Assembly: GCA_002269645.1 (NCBI GenBank)
Contig: NIVC01000283.1
Coordinates: 434,001-498,000, forward strand
DNA length: 64,000 nucleotides
Direction: 5' to 3'
From: Macrostomum lignano
Lineage: Eukaryota
Position numbers and translations under genes: made by a program. This document shows positions 46,816 to 60,900 of this stretch, piece by piece. Every line of letters begins with the position of its first letter. Positions within the stretch are counted from its first letter, which is position 1. A model generated the notes under the pieces. The model had not been told where the DNA came from. It saw only the letters and a program-made list of their open reading frames with translations, and made no database searches.

Positions 46816-48300
46816 ATGCTTAGACTAGAGAGAAATATAAACAAACCTGGAAGCCTAGACATGGATGCTAGACGTGTCCATCTCCTAAATTTTAAGAATC
46901 ATCCTGTCGATAGCTTAAATGCTTTGTCCCAGTCCGATTTAGATCTCGTGGCCAAACTGTCGCGCAACGACTGCCGTCGTGACGAGCTAGTGACCCAGTT
47001 CTTGTTGTTTTGTGAGAACTCCATTGGCGACAAAGCGAACTCATCCAATCTGCCTGCTGATATTCGTGAACAACTTACCAGCATCTATGAAGCTGAGATG
47101 GAATGTCTACCTCAAAGCAGTCGGAAACAGATGGAGGATCATGGGCGCAAGTTTGTCGAATTTCTGGAGGGTCGCGGTTTAAACTCCGATTTGGCGAAAG
47201 TGAATGACAACACCCTGAATCAGTATCTACGATTATTCTACTTCCAGTTAAAAACAAAGAGCGGTGAGAGCTATTCACCACCGTCGTTAGTCTGCATCCG
47301 AGCCGCTATCCAGCGATATTTGAATATCATGCATTGTGAAGAGACAGACAAATCTGGTTGCTACCGGGACCGTGTTTTGATGGCTCAAACAGGATGCTCG
47401 AATTCAAGGTCCGTGAATTTTTCAAGACTGGCAAGACAGTTCAAAGCTACGATCCAATCGAGGAGGGAGACATGGTTAAATTGCGCGACTACTTTGATCG
47501 TAGTGACGGAGAACGACTCCAAGATGAATTGCTATTCAATCTCATGTATCAGCTTGGAGAGCGTGGATGGGAGCACATGAAGACGTTTCTCAATCGGAAC
47601 TTTCTGGTGCGAGGTGTCGACTCGGATGGACGGCAGTATGCCTGTTTTCCGACGCTACCATCGAAGAATCGATTAGCAACACTGGACGCTGGTCAGTTCG
47701 CCGATTTGAAGCACGCTAGAATATATGATCTTGAGCTGCCAGAACTGTACGAGTCGGTGATTCCGGATTCCGGCACCACTTTCTACCTCGTCCTATGAAG
47801 AGCACCATTGGGAAGAAGTTTATCTTCTCTGATAAGGCACACCGTGGTCTGTGTTATTTACAAGAGTTCATAAAGAACCTATCCGAGAAGGCTAAGTTAA
47901 GCAAGCCTTATACCAACCACTGCATTAGGTGAGTATATTTGTGTTACGAAGTAAAAGTAAAAGCATAATTGTTTGTTCACCTTTCTGAACAAGATACCAT
48001 TGCATTTTTAGAGTCACGCGCATTTGCGACTTGGAAAGCGAAGGGCATGCTGTCCACGACATCATGCTTGTGAAGGGTCACAAGTCGGAGGCGACCGTTC
48101 GGCGATATCTGCATAAGAGGCGTGATCGAAGTTTGTACAAGTCCTCTGTGAACGTGCATAACGCCATGAAGAAGTCTTTGGATTGTATGGATCGTACTGA
48201 GGCTGCGCCATCCATTAGTGGAGATGAGGAGTTTCATCGGGTCCAAGGCCCACCAGAAAAAAATGCGAATCCAAGTGAACGGCAATTCGAACATTATTGA
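46816..48300 (+). pseudogene. Crypton-type tyrosine recombinase with two frameshifts and one intron (47929-48011)
   Basis: YSPPSLVCIRAAIQRYL, FDGSN, LGERGWE (catalytic R), KPYTNHCIR|VT (HxxR across the intron), GHKSEATVRRY (H and catalytic Y). Frameshifts near 47340 and 47775. Confidence 0.85.
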
Positions 48301-48589
48301 TTTCTTTTTTGAATAGCTTTAATGACTGCATTGACTGAAAGTTAACTTTTGTTGGTTTTCATTTGAGGCATTCATCACATAGGTTTCGTCTATGTTCGTT
48401 CTTGTTACTTCTTTCGAATAAATTGAACATACGTCTAGGTTCAATGCCGAATGGCAAACAAACAATTAATTGTAACGCATAAAAACTACAAATAATGATC
48501 GTCAAATTGCTATACAATGAATAATTTGCGTCAAGGCTCTACTTAAAAGTATATCGCACAATATTTTTGGTACCGTCGGCTAAAATCTT

Positions 48590-49350
48590 AAGCTTTTTGA
48601 CGGTGCGGCAATTCGCAATGAAAAAGCTGTGCCAAAATGCTGCTCGGATATTTTTACTATTTCGGCCGACCCGCTGCCGCTAGTTCCTTCAATTGATGGC
48701 GTATGCCCGGCGATAGCCTCTGTCAAGTGGTTGCTCATCTTGGCCATGATGCCCTCTCTCTTTCTTCCTTACCCCTGATGTACCTTTTCACCGATGTACT
48801 TGTCTGCAAATCAATAATGAAACATGAAAGGTTTTTAGATAATTTAGGATATGACACCAGTTGTTTAAATTAGCTAATGTAAATTTGAAAATTACCTTGT
48901 ACCCAGTCACCTTCGCGATAGTCTGTCGGAATTCTAGCTTCGTGTAGCTCCGTCACTACAGTAGGCCGTAAACAATGCGCTAAATAGGGTCGCGACAGCT
49001 CGGCACTAGCAGATATGCGCTTTAGCATAGGTCCTAGCGTATTGATGTCAGTTGCCTTTTTTGTGTACCACAGTCCTTCGGAGTCTACACGCGGCCTCAG
49101 TCGCATGAAAAAATCTGATCCATTCCATCCAGGCACTGCTTTAATTTTCGCCAGATACAGGCGAATTTCCAGTCTGCTATTGCCACTATTATAGCTTGCT
49201 TGTTATCATCGCTCTTCTTTATGTTCATTGATCCGTGGAGATTTTTGCTGGTTCCAACTTGTAGAACGATGGCTACTCTTCCGTCCGCCAGAATCTTCTC
49301 GGAAAACGATTTAACAGTTAGTCCTCACTCGGCAGTGCCTTCTTCGCTGG
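48590..49350 (-). pseudogene. second Crypton-type tyrosine recombinase, C-terminal fragment, convergent with the first
   Basis: LWYTKK...INTLGPMLKRISASAELSRPYLAHCLRPT, then after a frameshift IAKVTGYK|intron|TSTSVKRYIRG. Confidence 0.75.
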
Positions 49351-50069
49351 TTGAAATGTCACTCATTGAGCCGTGAACACGCTGCAGGTCGTCCGACACT
49401 TCGCTGCAAATGGTCCGCCTGTGCCGCCACAAACTGAATTGACTTGAGGTTCATGTTCATGCGGTTACTCAACTCGAGACGACGATCATACCATACCGAT
49501 TGAGCAAGTCCGTCTGGTCAGCCAACGTCTTATTCGGCCACTCGTTCTCCTGCAGCGTCGAGATGTCGTCTTTTAACTGGGTGTTCTCGGACTCCAGAGT
49601 GCCGCGCCTATCTGCCTCATCGCGACAAGCGTCCCGTAGCTCGCGACATTTGTCTATATTTGTATTAAAGTTCACTTTCAATATAAAAACTTCTAATTTC
49701 ATAAAAATGCATGCGAAAAAAGAAAACTAAGCAAAAAACTAACAGTAAGCCTATGTATGTACTTTAAACTTGAACTTTCATATCAATCAAGTCATTCTGT
49801 CCAAAAATCTCTTAAAATCACAAAGCATAATGAATCATAAGTACCGTACTTCACCATGGTAACTCATCAGACATTGATGGATGAACAATGGATGGATGCC
49901 AATTGGATGAATTGGCACATCTGGAATGAAACCAATGTGAGATTGATAAATATCTGCTTTGCAATGAACGACAAATATTTGTTTCTAGTTAATTCTCTAT
50001 TGCACTGATAAAAAACCAGATTAGGTTAGGTAGAGCTCTCTACTCTCTCCCTCTTTTCACTCCTCACTC

Positions 50070-50072
<3 letters not shown>

Positions 50073-50159
<87 letters not shown>

Positions 50160-50635
50160 ATTCTCTCTTCTCCCCACTCCTGTCTCTGTTCTCATTTCTC
50201 ATCTCTCCTATCATCTTTCTACTCCTTCTTCTCGATCCTCTCTCCTCTCTTCTCGATTCTCTCTCCTATCTACTCTTTCCTGTCTCATTTCTTCTCTCAT
50301 ATCTATCTCTCCTATGTACTCTTTTCTTTCCCCTCTTTTGACTCCTTTCTTTCCTTTCTCTTCTCTTCTCTACCTTCTCTACTCTCCCTCTCTTTTCTCT
50401 CCACTCTCCTTTATCTTTTCTCTTCTTTCATCTCTCTCATTTCTACAATCTTATCTCTTCTCTCTTCCCTTTACTTTCTCCATCTCTCCTTTCTCCTCTT
50501 TTATCTCCTCTCTTCTCTCTACTTTCTAATCTGTACTCTCTTCTCTACTTTTTCCTTTCTCTCGTATCTCATCTTTCTTCTTTCTCCTCATCTCTACCCT
50601 CTCCCTTTCTCCTTTCCACTCTCATCTGTCCCTCA
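50073..50635. repeat. (CT)42 microsatellite (50073-50156) followed by a pyrimidine-rich tract
   Basis: Directly visible. Confidence 0.97.
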
Positions 50636-52223
50636 GTCATGATCTTAATTCTATATCTGGCTTTGCTAATGTCATCTTTCTGGCCAATTTGCAACCATGG
50701 AAGGAATCTAATTTCTCTCTTTGTTTTATCTTAGTACAAAGCTAGGCCTATAGTTGGGGCAATACCTTTAAGATAAGTCTAACAATAGTATATATCCTAC
50801 TATACAAAACTGTCTTAATAAGTAAGGAAATAAATATCTTAGACTTCAAAATATTATTGTATTAACAACAAAAGCTATAAAAACTACAAGCCATGTTGCT
50901 AAATAAACAAAAAACATATTGTCTATAATACTTACTGTGTAAAGCTATATTTGTCTTCAAGTTTAGCCTAGGCTAAAATGTTTTTTTTCTATTTGTCATG
51001 CTAATATATAGTGAAAATATTATTCTTTTACCCTATGGCTAGACTTCAGTTTTAAACATAAAACTTCAGCTTAGTAAAATAATATACTTAATCCAGTGTA
51101 ATTAATAATATATATAATAATTAATGGCCATTTAAGGAATTGTACTAATTGAAAATTGTATAATATGGAATTTATAAACTTCTATATAAAACTTTCTTGC
51201 GAAAAACTAACAAGGATTCTATCTACTATATTACATTATGCTATACCAATCTAAACTATATATTAGAATGTTGTCCTGTAACCACTGTAAGTAATCAGCT
51301 AGATTTAATTGTGAACTAGGCCTATTTCAAAACAGTAACAGAATAGAATTTTATCATGTTAGGCCTAGGCTAGTAGCAATTAAAGTTTTAGTATGAGAGG
51401 GCTGTAACTTAGTCATGACAGCTAAAGGCTAAGCTTATAAGTTAAAAATAATATTTTTGTTGATAGTAAATTAGTTGGAAGCCCATCTGATCCTTTTCTC
51501 AAGCTTTGCCCAATTATAGTATGTCTGCTGTGGGCATAAAAACTTCAGAAATTTTAAAACGAGTTGCAAAGTTGCTTTTAATTAATGACATAATTACTTA
51601 AAATATCTAGATTTAGCAGATTAAAGCCTAAAAAATTATAAATACACCTAATATATAGCGCTTCTGGGGCTCAAATGTAGCGCATGCTTCTTTAAAACAG
51701 TCGAGTAGAAAGCTTTTTTGAAGGCAATTACCGATAAATGCACGTAAACAAGCGGGCCTTTAAATAATTTTGCAATATTTACGATTTTTGCGTCCTGATA
51801 CAACGGTAACTTCTCCCAGTAAAAAAAGTAGCAGCGAGTCGCTGGCTTGTGGACCACGATACAGCTACATTGTATCGACGTCGCTGAACTAAAAAAAATT
51901 CAAAATTTACTTTATTGATTGTCTAGTGCCTTGGTTTCTGTTAGTTTTAGGTTGAAATTTCGTTTTAGTCTTTCAAATTGATTTTTGTCTGCGTCCTATT
52001 TGCGTCCATACTAGAACTAGAGCGACAAGTAGAAGAAAAAAATCTTTTTCGTTTATAAACTTAGAATAGGATGTTCTATACTTACTACTGACATTTCCTA
52101 TGAGTAGTGAGTAAGCATTTTGTTTTTCTTTGGGCTTTCTATTCAAGGCTACTTCATCGTTCATTTTTATTTTTCTAAGGTCTACAGTCCTTATTTATAG
52201 TCACATTAGACAATGCACAGAGC

Positions 52224-53091
52224 CAGGCACGTCGCCATGGATTTAAGGGTGGGGGACAAAGCCAAGAATTCTACATGTACATGTAAACGACGAAATTCCT
52301 ACACGCACATTCTTTTCAGAATCGGTGTTGTCAGCACTCATTTTAGAACTACAGGCACTCATTTTAGAACTACAGGCACTCATTTTAGCGCCACAGGCAC
52401 CATTTTAGCGCCACAGGCACCATTTTATCGCCGCAGGCACTCATTTTAGCGCCACAGGCACCATTTTAGCGCCGCAGGCACTCATTTTAGCGCCACAGGC
52501 ACTCATTTTAGAACTACAGGCACTCATTTTAGCGCCACAGGCACCATTTTAGCGCCGCAGGCACCATTTTAGCGCCACAGGCACCATTTTATCGCCACAG
52601 GCACCATTTTAGCACCGCAGGCACTCATTTTAGCACCGCAGGCACTCATTTTAGCGCCGCAGGCACTCATTTTAGCGCCACAGGCACTCATTTTAGCGCC
52701 ACAGGCACTCATTTTAGCGCCTCATGCACCATTTTAGCGCCACAGGCACTCATTTTAGCGCCGCAGGCACTCATTTTAGCGCCACAGGCACTCATTTTAG
52801 CGCCACAGGCACTCATTTTAGCGCCTCATGCACCATTTTACCGCCACAGGCACTCATTTTTAGCGCCACAGGCACTCATTTTAGCGCCATAGGCACTCAT
52901 TTTAGCGCTACAGGCACCATTTTAGCGCCGCAGGCGCTATTTTGTCACCATGCAGCAAAAATCATTGATTTTCACAACGGGCCAAAAGGTGGGGATGGAG
53001 GGGACAAAGCATTGGCATCAATGGCATGTCCCCCCCAGATCCTTTACTGGAGGGGACATGTCCCCCTGCCCCCCCATTGGCGACGCCCCTG
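52224..53091. mobile_element. hAT-family MITE with perfect 8-bp TSD
   Basis: TIRs CAGGCACGTCGCCA and TGGCGACGCCCCTG; cacagagc at both 52216-52223 and 53092-53099. Confidence 0.9.
52334..52945. repeat. 21/20-bp minisatellite inside the hAT MITE
   Basis: Tandem cattttagcgccacaggcac(t). Confidence 0.95.
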
Positions 53092-53748
53092 CACAGAGCA
53101 ACACCGCATTGGCATGGTGATTCGACTTACTATATATTTAATATATAAATAGAATTTAGAGTACAAGTATAAGTGTCCTGCCCGGCATGTACTGTACATA
53201 CTACTGTACATGTACAAAGAAGAAAAATCTTTGGGGAGGAAAGACAGCTGGATATGAAGCATGGTAATATTTTGTACAGGAAAATATTATTAGAAATCTG
53301 AGTATCTGAGTTGTTGCTTTATTATCATGAAGCAACAACTATATTCAACCCAACACACGGCGCCTCTTCTATACTCTAAACAAATTTCCTACTATTTTCG
53401 GGAAAGTAGAGTAGATCGACTAGTAGTCCTTTTACAGTGAGAGGTTTACACTTTAGACTTCGTGTGTTCTTTGTCCATACGAGCGTAAGGATACGATCAG
53501 GATCATATGGTAGAATTTATATATAATGTAAATTCAGATATGATGGGAAGGAAAGAGATGAGATTGAAATCGTTTTGGAAATGTCAGTTGCGAGGATTTT
53601 TATGTACACTTCTTTCTCTTATACACATCTCACTAAAATGATTTAATATACTGGACTAAGTCGCAAAAATGACAGAAAACGCTGTGAGAAAACGCTAAGT
53701 CTACGAGCGTATACAGTAAAGTAAACCTGGTACTATAGCTTGCTTGAC

Positions 53749-53820
53749 CAGGGGCCTGGAAAAACTCCGGCCCGTATGCGGCCCGCAAAGAGCTCTCTAT
53801 CCGGCCCTCGGGCCTTGGAC
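53749..53820 (+). mobile_element. hAT-like terminus (partner end not found)
   Basis: caggggcctggaaaaactccggcccgtatgcggcccgc resembles the CAGGGG...CCGGCCCG...GCGGCCCG ends of animal hAT elements. Confidence 0.45.
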
Positions 53821-56800
53821 AGTGGATACTTGAGAATGGAAATCCAGCCTGCTCAAGGTTTGTCTCTTTTTAGTTATCTCTCCTGCTTTCCTTTAATCTG
53901 CTCTCCTCCCTCCTCTGTCTCATCTCATCTTGGCTCTCTCTTCTCTTCTCTCCTTTTCTCTCTCCCCTTCTCTTCTCTTAAATCCTTTCTTCTCACTCAT
54001 CTCTTATCTTCTCTTATTTACTCCTCGGGATTCAAATTTCTGACTGCACCAAATGTTTCTTTTCGAAGCCATTAGTGGAAGCAGCTATAGAAATGAACTA
54101 CAATCTAGGTTAAAATTTATATGGTTGTTTATTTATAGAAGACTGAGTTGGAATTGGAACAGAAAAGGAACCATTTGAAAAGCCTGTTTGATAGTGATAG
54201 CAGTGTGTTAGTGGGGAGGGGAAGTAGATATGAAATTGTATCGAACTGATTTGCGGGGAAATAGCGTGTAAAGGCGCAATGCGCAACCTCTCGAGCCTCT
54301 CTTTCCGACATTTTTATTGCTCACCAGCTGTTTCCTGTCTGGTCATATCCCCTCCGATAAGAAAATAGCTTATTTCAAGCCTCTTTGTTCGATCCAGAGT
54401 TCGAGGAGAGTCAACAGAGGGGTCTTTGTTCCCGTGTTTCTCTGTGTTTCCTGCCTTGAAGGAGCAAGGAGTTCTAGACTTCAATCTAAGGCTCTAAGTC
54501 CTGTGACAGAGCTTTGCTTGATAAATACTGTATACAAAGATCTGACATCTGTTAGGTTCTGATTCTGAATCGTAAATTTATTTTGGGCTCTACGTGGAGT
54601 GATTTTTTAAGTCTTTGTCTTGCATTCTGTTGGTGCTCGAGCAAGATTTATTTGACATTAGCACCGCAAGAGCCAGCGTATTGTACAGTGACGGTACTCT
54701 GCAAAGATCCCATAGAATTTAATTAAGAAATCTGTCCTCGCATTTTGTGCTCGTAACTCCCGCATTTCTTTCATAACCTCTGTGGAGTCTGGCTTCAAAT
54801 GAACAGCACAAAATGTGTGTGAGCCTCACAGGCTAGAGATGTATTAAAGTTCGTAGTTGCTTGCAGAAACGCCATGCCCCGTGGCTGTTTTATTCATTCC
54901 ACTGCTCCCCAGCAAGGGGAACACAATCTGAACAGGCCTCTGCTTGCTGGGGGTGCCGGGTGCAGATAGACAGACTTGTGCGTGCATTGGCGTCTATCTT
55001 TGAATTGAACTATTTGAGTTAAAATAATGATTTTGGATTATGGCTTTGTCCTATTGTACACTGGCTTCTTACAAGTATCGCCCTTATTACGAAAGTGAAA
55101 GCCAAAGCGAAGTAGATTCCCATCCACAACGCTTATGTGTCTAGGGCTGAGAATATTGTGGAAGGATTTTTGGAGAGCGCAAATCATAAGCAAAGCGTAA
55201 CAAACTAAATTTTCGTGGGGGTCTAACCAGGGACTCCAAAAATAGCAATATTTCCTTCTAGAAGTCCCTGATATACACGCTCCAGCAAGCTAGCTCCACC
55301 TGCTTTTCTTTCTATTCCCAACTTACTAAGTTCTTTCTGTAGAAACCAGTCTCGGGCCTTAGCCTTTGCTTGATACAAAGTGTTTTTATTGAAGCCTGAA
55401 AGCATAGTATTGTCGCTCCTGCAAAAAAGAGCGGGTGATTTTTTATAAAATGGGGAGGGGTTTGTGTGCTGGGCACAGAGTATGAGATATGCGTGGAATA
55501 GGGAAAAGAGAGATAATAATATATTTTATTCTGTGGGATCCGAGAAATTGGTATAAGCAATCTTATCTTTTTGTCTCGGATTCTTAGCTTGGACTGCCAG
55601 TGACAGCTGCCCGCATATCCGAAACCCCCAGACCTTCCGAATCCCCTATTTTCAAAATCTTAGTTATATCTTAGTTGAATGTTAGTCCCTAAACTGGATG
55701 CATTTGGATATTCAAAGCGAAAACAGATGATTTCAATTGATGTCTATGGCCAGGAGGGTTATCCGACCTGTCTGGATATTCGTATGGATATTCGGCGGTC
55801 AAAAAAATCAAACAATACAACTGAAAAAAAAACTGTTTCAAATAGGAGAACACGGCAGATTGGATAGCGGAAGCAAATGAACGAGAAAATATGAACTGCT
55901 ATGAAAAGATGCAAACGATAGCTAGCTACAGACAACAAGGATCGGGAGCAGCAGCAGAAATAGCAAATGGCTAACTAAAGCTGTGTGGTGCAAGTATAGT
56001 TATCCTGATTGATTGGCTATAAATAACCGATACATACATATAGCTATAGGACTAAACAAGCATATATATGGCTAATACAATAAGTATTTTTGAACTAGGT
56101 AGCACAATTTCGGAGTTACGCTTAGCACAATTTCGTATAGATATTATAGACGTTATGTATGGAGTTTCCAAAATTATGCAGGCCATATTGATTGATAGAG
56201 GCCATGCGGACTGCATATTAATTTAAGGGAAAATGTGCTAGCCACTATTCCGGAATTGTGCTACTTACTTCTTAAGCATATGCGGGGGCGTTGAAGGTAA
56301 GCCTGGATTAGAATAAAATTTAAAAATGAAAAAAACAGCAAATTTTAACAATCATTTAAAAAGCGGCATGAGCCTTTTGCATATTTATCAGCATTCATAG
56401 ATATAAGCAATTAAACAGTTCAATAGCTCCTCTAATTAACAATTCCTGCCACCAAAGGATGCTGAACAAAATTTCAGAGAGAAAGCAGACCAATAATGCA
56501 TCAATGCAGACCAATATTGATTAGTAATATATTGATTGATTGATTGACTACATATCTGATTGCACCCGCCTCAGTTGTACCCTGATTAATTACTAGGACA
56601 GTGAGCTAAGCATGGGCATATACAAGCAATAATATCAGTACATGTTAATAGCTACCTGTCTCCTAGTTATCCAATAGCTAGCTACTAGATGATAAGTCCA
56701 TAAAACGAGCTACAACCTATGTTGCAAGGTCGAGCTGCACAGTAGTTAAAATTATTTTTTACTTTCCAACCACAAAATCTAGCTGTTGTTTCAAATCTGT

Positions 56801-56900
56801 GTCGATTTCTTCTGACTATACTTATAAATACAGTATTCAACATAGAAGTTCCAGTGCAACAGCTTAACTCTGAACTTAATTGAAGTTCAATTAAACCATG

Positions 56901-57329
56901 CTACTTTCGCTGCTGCTGCTGCTTCTGCTGAGCCGGCAGTCTTCGACCCTGTCGACCAACGCTGACAATCGACGATACGGCCGATCGAATAGCAGCTAGA
57001 GCAGCCGTAGCCGAGGCACGTCGCTGGCTGCTGCTGCTGCTGCTGCTGTCGACGACCGCCGCGGCCGCAGCCAACCTAGCCGGATCGGCACTGTCATCGG
57101 CATCCACCGGGAGAGCAGCAGCAGCAGTGGCTGATGATGCAGGCGGCCGTTGCTGATGAATGGCTGCGACGGTGGTGGCCTTGGCTGACGACTGAGATGC
57201 GGCGGCGGTGGTCATCGTAGCGGTGGCGGCCCTTGCTCGCTTTGCAGTCGGCGGCTTACTACTATCATCTCCTGATGCTGGCAACAGTAGACTTCGTAGT
57301 CTTCTCGCTTTGTTTGAATCACGACTCAT
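56901..57329 (-). CDS. possible first exon of an unidentified gene (Ala/Ser/Gln low-complexity)
   Basis: GC- and CpG-rich 142-codon ORF with ATG inside AT-rich flanks, basic N-terminus (KARRLR, PTAKRAR). No domain and no downstream exon identified. Confidence 0.4.
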   Translation of the reverse strand: MSRDSNKARRLRSLLLPASGDDSSKPPTAKRARAATATMTTAAASQSSAKATTVAAIHQQRPPASSATAAAALPVDADDSADPARLAAAAAVVDSSSSSSSQRRASATAALAAIRSAVSSIVSVGRQGRRLPAQQKQQQQRK

Positions 57330-57408
57330 TTGATACTAAATACTAGTAGATGCTTAAAATATATTAATAAAAAATGTACAAATTGACTTTAATTATACTA
57401 AAAATCCT

Positions 57409-57660
57409 ATATACTAAAAATGAAATGTCTGTAACTAACTAGCTATGCGATAGATTTCAGAAAAAATGGCTCAACCGATTTTCTTCAAACTTGCACCATT
57501 CGATCAGAAATGTTCCTGGGACGGTACATGTATCTTGGCTAAGAAATTGCTCAATGTTAAAGGGATTAAATATTCGAAAAACATGCTTTTTTGCAAAGGT
57601 CAAGCCAAATTTTTGACTTGAAATGCATTGTAAGAATGCTAGAGAAAAAACTGACTGGCT
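57409..57660 (-). mobile_element. Helitron/DINE-like short repeat (copy 3, inverted)
   Basis: atatactaaaaatg and aaaaaatggctcaaccgattttcttcaaacttgcac are reverse complements of the 3985-4066 segments. Confidence 0.4.
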
Positions 57661-57987
57661 GAATTACGATTGTGATAAAGATTGCATCACAACAAGGTGA
57701 AAACAGTGCCACAGAAACGCACACAAGACTTCATTGAAATTGCGTAACCATATTGCTAACTTGAATTGAGACTGATACTGGCTGACTGAGAAATTGATTA
57801 TGTCATAACTTTTTACTCTTACCGACTTGCTATAAGTATTGAATTATAAGGGCCACAAGTCATGTTCTCCAATTGAAAAGAGATAGCCGGATGCAAACAG
57901 ACTGGAATGCTAATGTAGCGACCTTGGTTCGAATCTTAGTGGTGAAAAATGTTTTTTTTATTAAAACACGTTAAAAAACACAAAATT

Positions 57988-60900
57988 CTCAACATTAAAG
58001 AGCCACCATGTCGAAACATTAAAGAGCCACCATTTCAAACATTAAAGAGCCACAATGTCAAACATTAAAGAGCCACCATGTCGAACATAAAAGAGCCACC
58101 ATATCAAACATACAAGAGTTACCATTTCAAACCTAAAAGAGCCACCATGTCGAACATTAAAAAGCCACCATGTCAAACATTAAAGAGCCACAATGGCAAA
58201 CATTAAAGAGACACCATTTCAAACCTAAAAGAGTTACCATGTCAAACATTAAAGAGCCGCCAGGTCAAACATAAAACAGACACCATTAAGAACATTAAAG
58301 AGCCACCATGTCGAACATTAAAGAGCCACCATGTCAAACATAAAACAGCCACCATTTCGAAAATTAAAGAGCCACCATTTTAAACATTAAAGAGCCACCT
58401 TGTCAAATATTAAAGAGCCACAATGTCAAACATTAAAGAGCCACCTTATCAAACATTAAAGAGCCACCATGTCAAACATTAAAGAGCCACCATGTAAAAC
58501 ATTAAAGAGCCACCATGTCGAACATAAAAGAGGTACCATGTCAAACATTAAAGACCCACCAGGTCAAACATGAAAGTGCCACCATGTCAAATATTAAAAA
58601 GCCACCATGTCAAACATTAAAGAGCCACCAGGTCAAACATGAAAGTGCCACCAGGTCAAACATATACATGACTCCATGTCAAACATTAAAGAGCCACCAT
58701 GTCGAACATAAAAGGGCCACCATGTCAAATATTAAAGAGCCACCATGTCAAACATTAAAGAGCCACCAGGTCAAACATGAAAGTGCCACCATGTAAAACA
58801 TTAAAGAGCCACCATGTCAAACATTAAAGAGCCACCAGGTCAAACATATACATGACTCCATGTCAAACATTAAAGAGCCACCATGTCGAACATAAAAGGG
58901 CCACCATGTCAAATATTAAAGAGCCACCATGTCAAACATTAAAGAGCCACCAGGTCAAACATGAAAGTGCCACCATGTAAAACATTAAAGAGCCACCATG
59001 TCGAACATTTAAGAAGCACCATGTCAAACATAAAATAGCCACCATGTGAAACATATAGGTGACTCCATGTAAAACATTAAAGAGCTACCATACCAGACAT
59101 ATACATGACTCCATGTCAAACATATACGTGACTCCATGTTAGACATTTAAGAGCCACCATGTCGAACATTAAAGAGCCAACGTGTTAAAAATACAAGAGC
59201 CACCAGGTCAAACATATATATGACTCCATGTCAAACATTAAAGAGCCACCATGTCGAACATAAAAGGGCCACCATGTCAAATATTAAAGAGCCACCATGT
59301 CAAACATTTAAGAGCCACCATGTCAAACATATACATGACTCTATGTCAAACGTTAAAGAGACACCATGTCAAACATTACAGAGCCACCATGTCAAACATT
59401 TAAGAGCCACCATGTCGAAACATTAAAGAGCCACCATTTCAAACATTAAAGAGCCACCATGTCGAACATAAAAGGGCCACCATGTCAAATATTAAAGAGC
59501 CACCATGTCAAACATTTAAGAGCCACCATGTCAAACATATACATGACTCTATGTCAAACGTTAAAGAGACACCATGTCAAACATTACAGAGCCACCATGT
59601 CAAACATTTAAGAGCCACCATGTCGAAACATTAAAGAGCCACCATTTCAAACATTAAAGAGCCACAATGTCAAACATTAAAGAGCCACCATGTCGAACAT
59701 AAAAGAGCCACCATATCAAACATACAAGAGTTACCATTTCAAACCTAAAAGAGCCACCATGTCGAACATTAAAAAGCCACCATGTCAAACATTAAAGAGC
59801 CACAATGGCAAACATTAAAGAGACACCATTTCAAACCTAAAAGAGTTACCATGTCAAACATTAAAGAGCCGCCAGGTCAAACATAAAACAGACACCATTA
59901 AGAACATTAAAGAGCCACCATGTCGAACATTAAAGAGCCACCATGTCAAACATAAAACAGCCACCATTTCGAAAATTAAAGAGCCACCATTTTAAACCTA
60001 AAAGAGCCACCTTGTCAAATATTAAAGAGCCACAATGTCAAACATTAAAGAGCCACCTTATCAAACATTAAAGAGCCACCATGTCAAACATTAAAGAGCC
60101 ACCATGTAAAACATTAAAGAGCCACCATGTCGAACATAAAAGAGGTACCATGTCAAACATTAAAGACCCACCAGGTCAAACATGAAAGTGCCACCATGTC
60201 AAATATTAAAAAGCCACCATGTCAAACATTAAAGAGCCACCAGGTCAAACATGAAAGTGCCACCAGGTCAAACATATACATGACTCCATGTCAAACATTA
60301 AAGAGCCACCATGTCGAACATAAAAGGGCCACCATGTCAAATATTAAAGAGCCACCATGTCAAACATTAAAGAGCCACCAGGTCAAACATGAAAGTGCCA
60401 CCATGTAAAACATTAAAGAGCCACCATGTCAAACATTAAAGAGCCACCAGGTCAAACATATACATGACTCCATGTCAAACATTAAAGAGCCACCATGTCG
60501 AACATAAAAGGGCCACCATGTCAAATATTAAAGAGCCACCATGTCAAACATTAAAGAGCCACCAGGTCAAACATGAAAGTGCCACCATGTAAAACATTAA
60601 AGAGCCACCATGTCGAACATTTAAGAAGCACCATGTCAAACATAAAATAGCCACCATGTGAAACATATAGGTGACTCCATGTAAAACATTAAAGAGCTAC
60701 CATACCAGACATATACATGACTCCATGTCAAACATATACGTGACTCCATGTTAGACATTTAAGAGCCACCATGTCGAACATTAAAGAGCCAACGTGTTAA
60801 AAATACAAGAGCCACCAGGTCAAACATATATATGACTCCATGTCAAACATTAAAGAGCCACCATGTCGAACATAAAAGGGCCACCATGTCAAATATTAAA

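Noticed and set aside
54300-55400. possible non-LTR endonuclease or gene remnant on the minus strand
   Set aside because: Only vague motif resemblance; no catalytic motif could be read with confidence.
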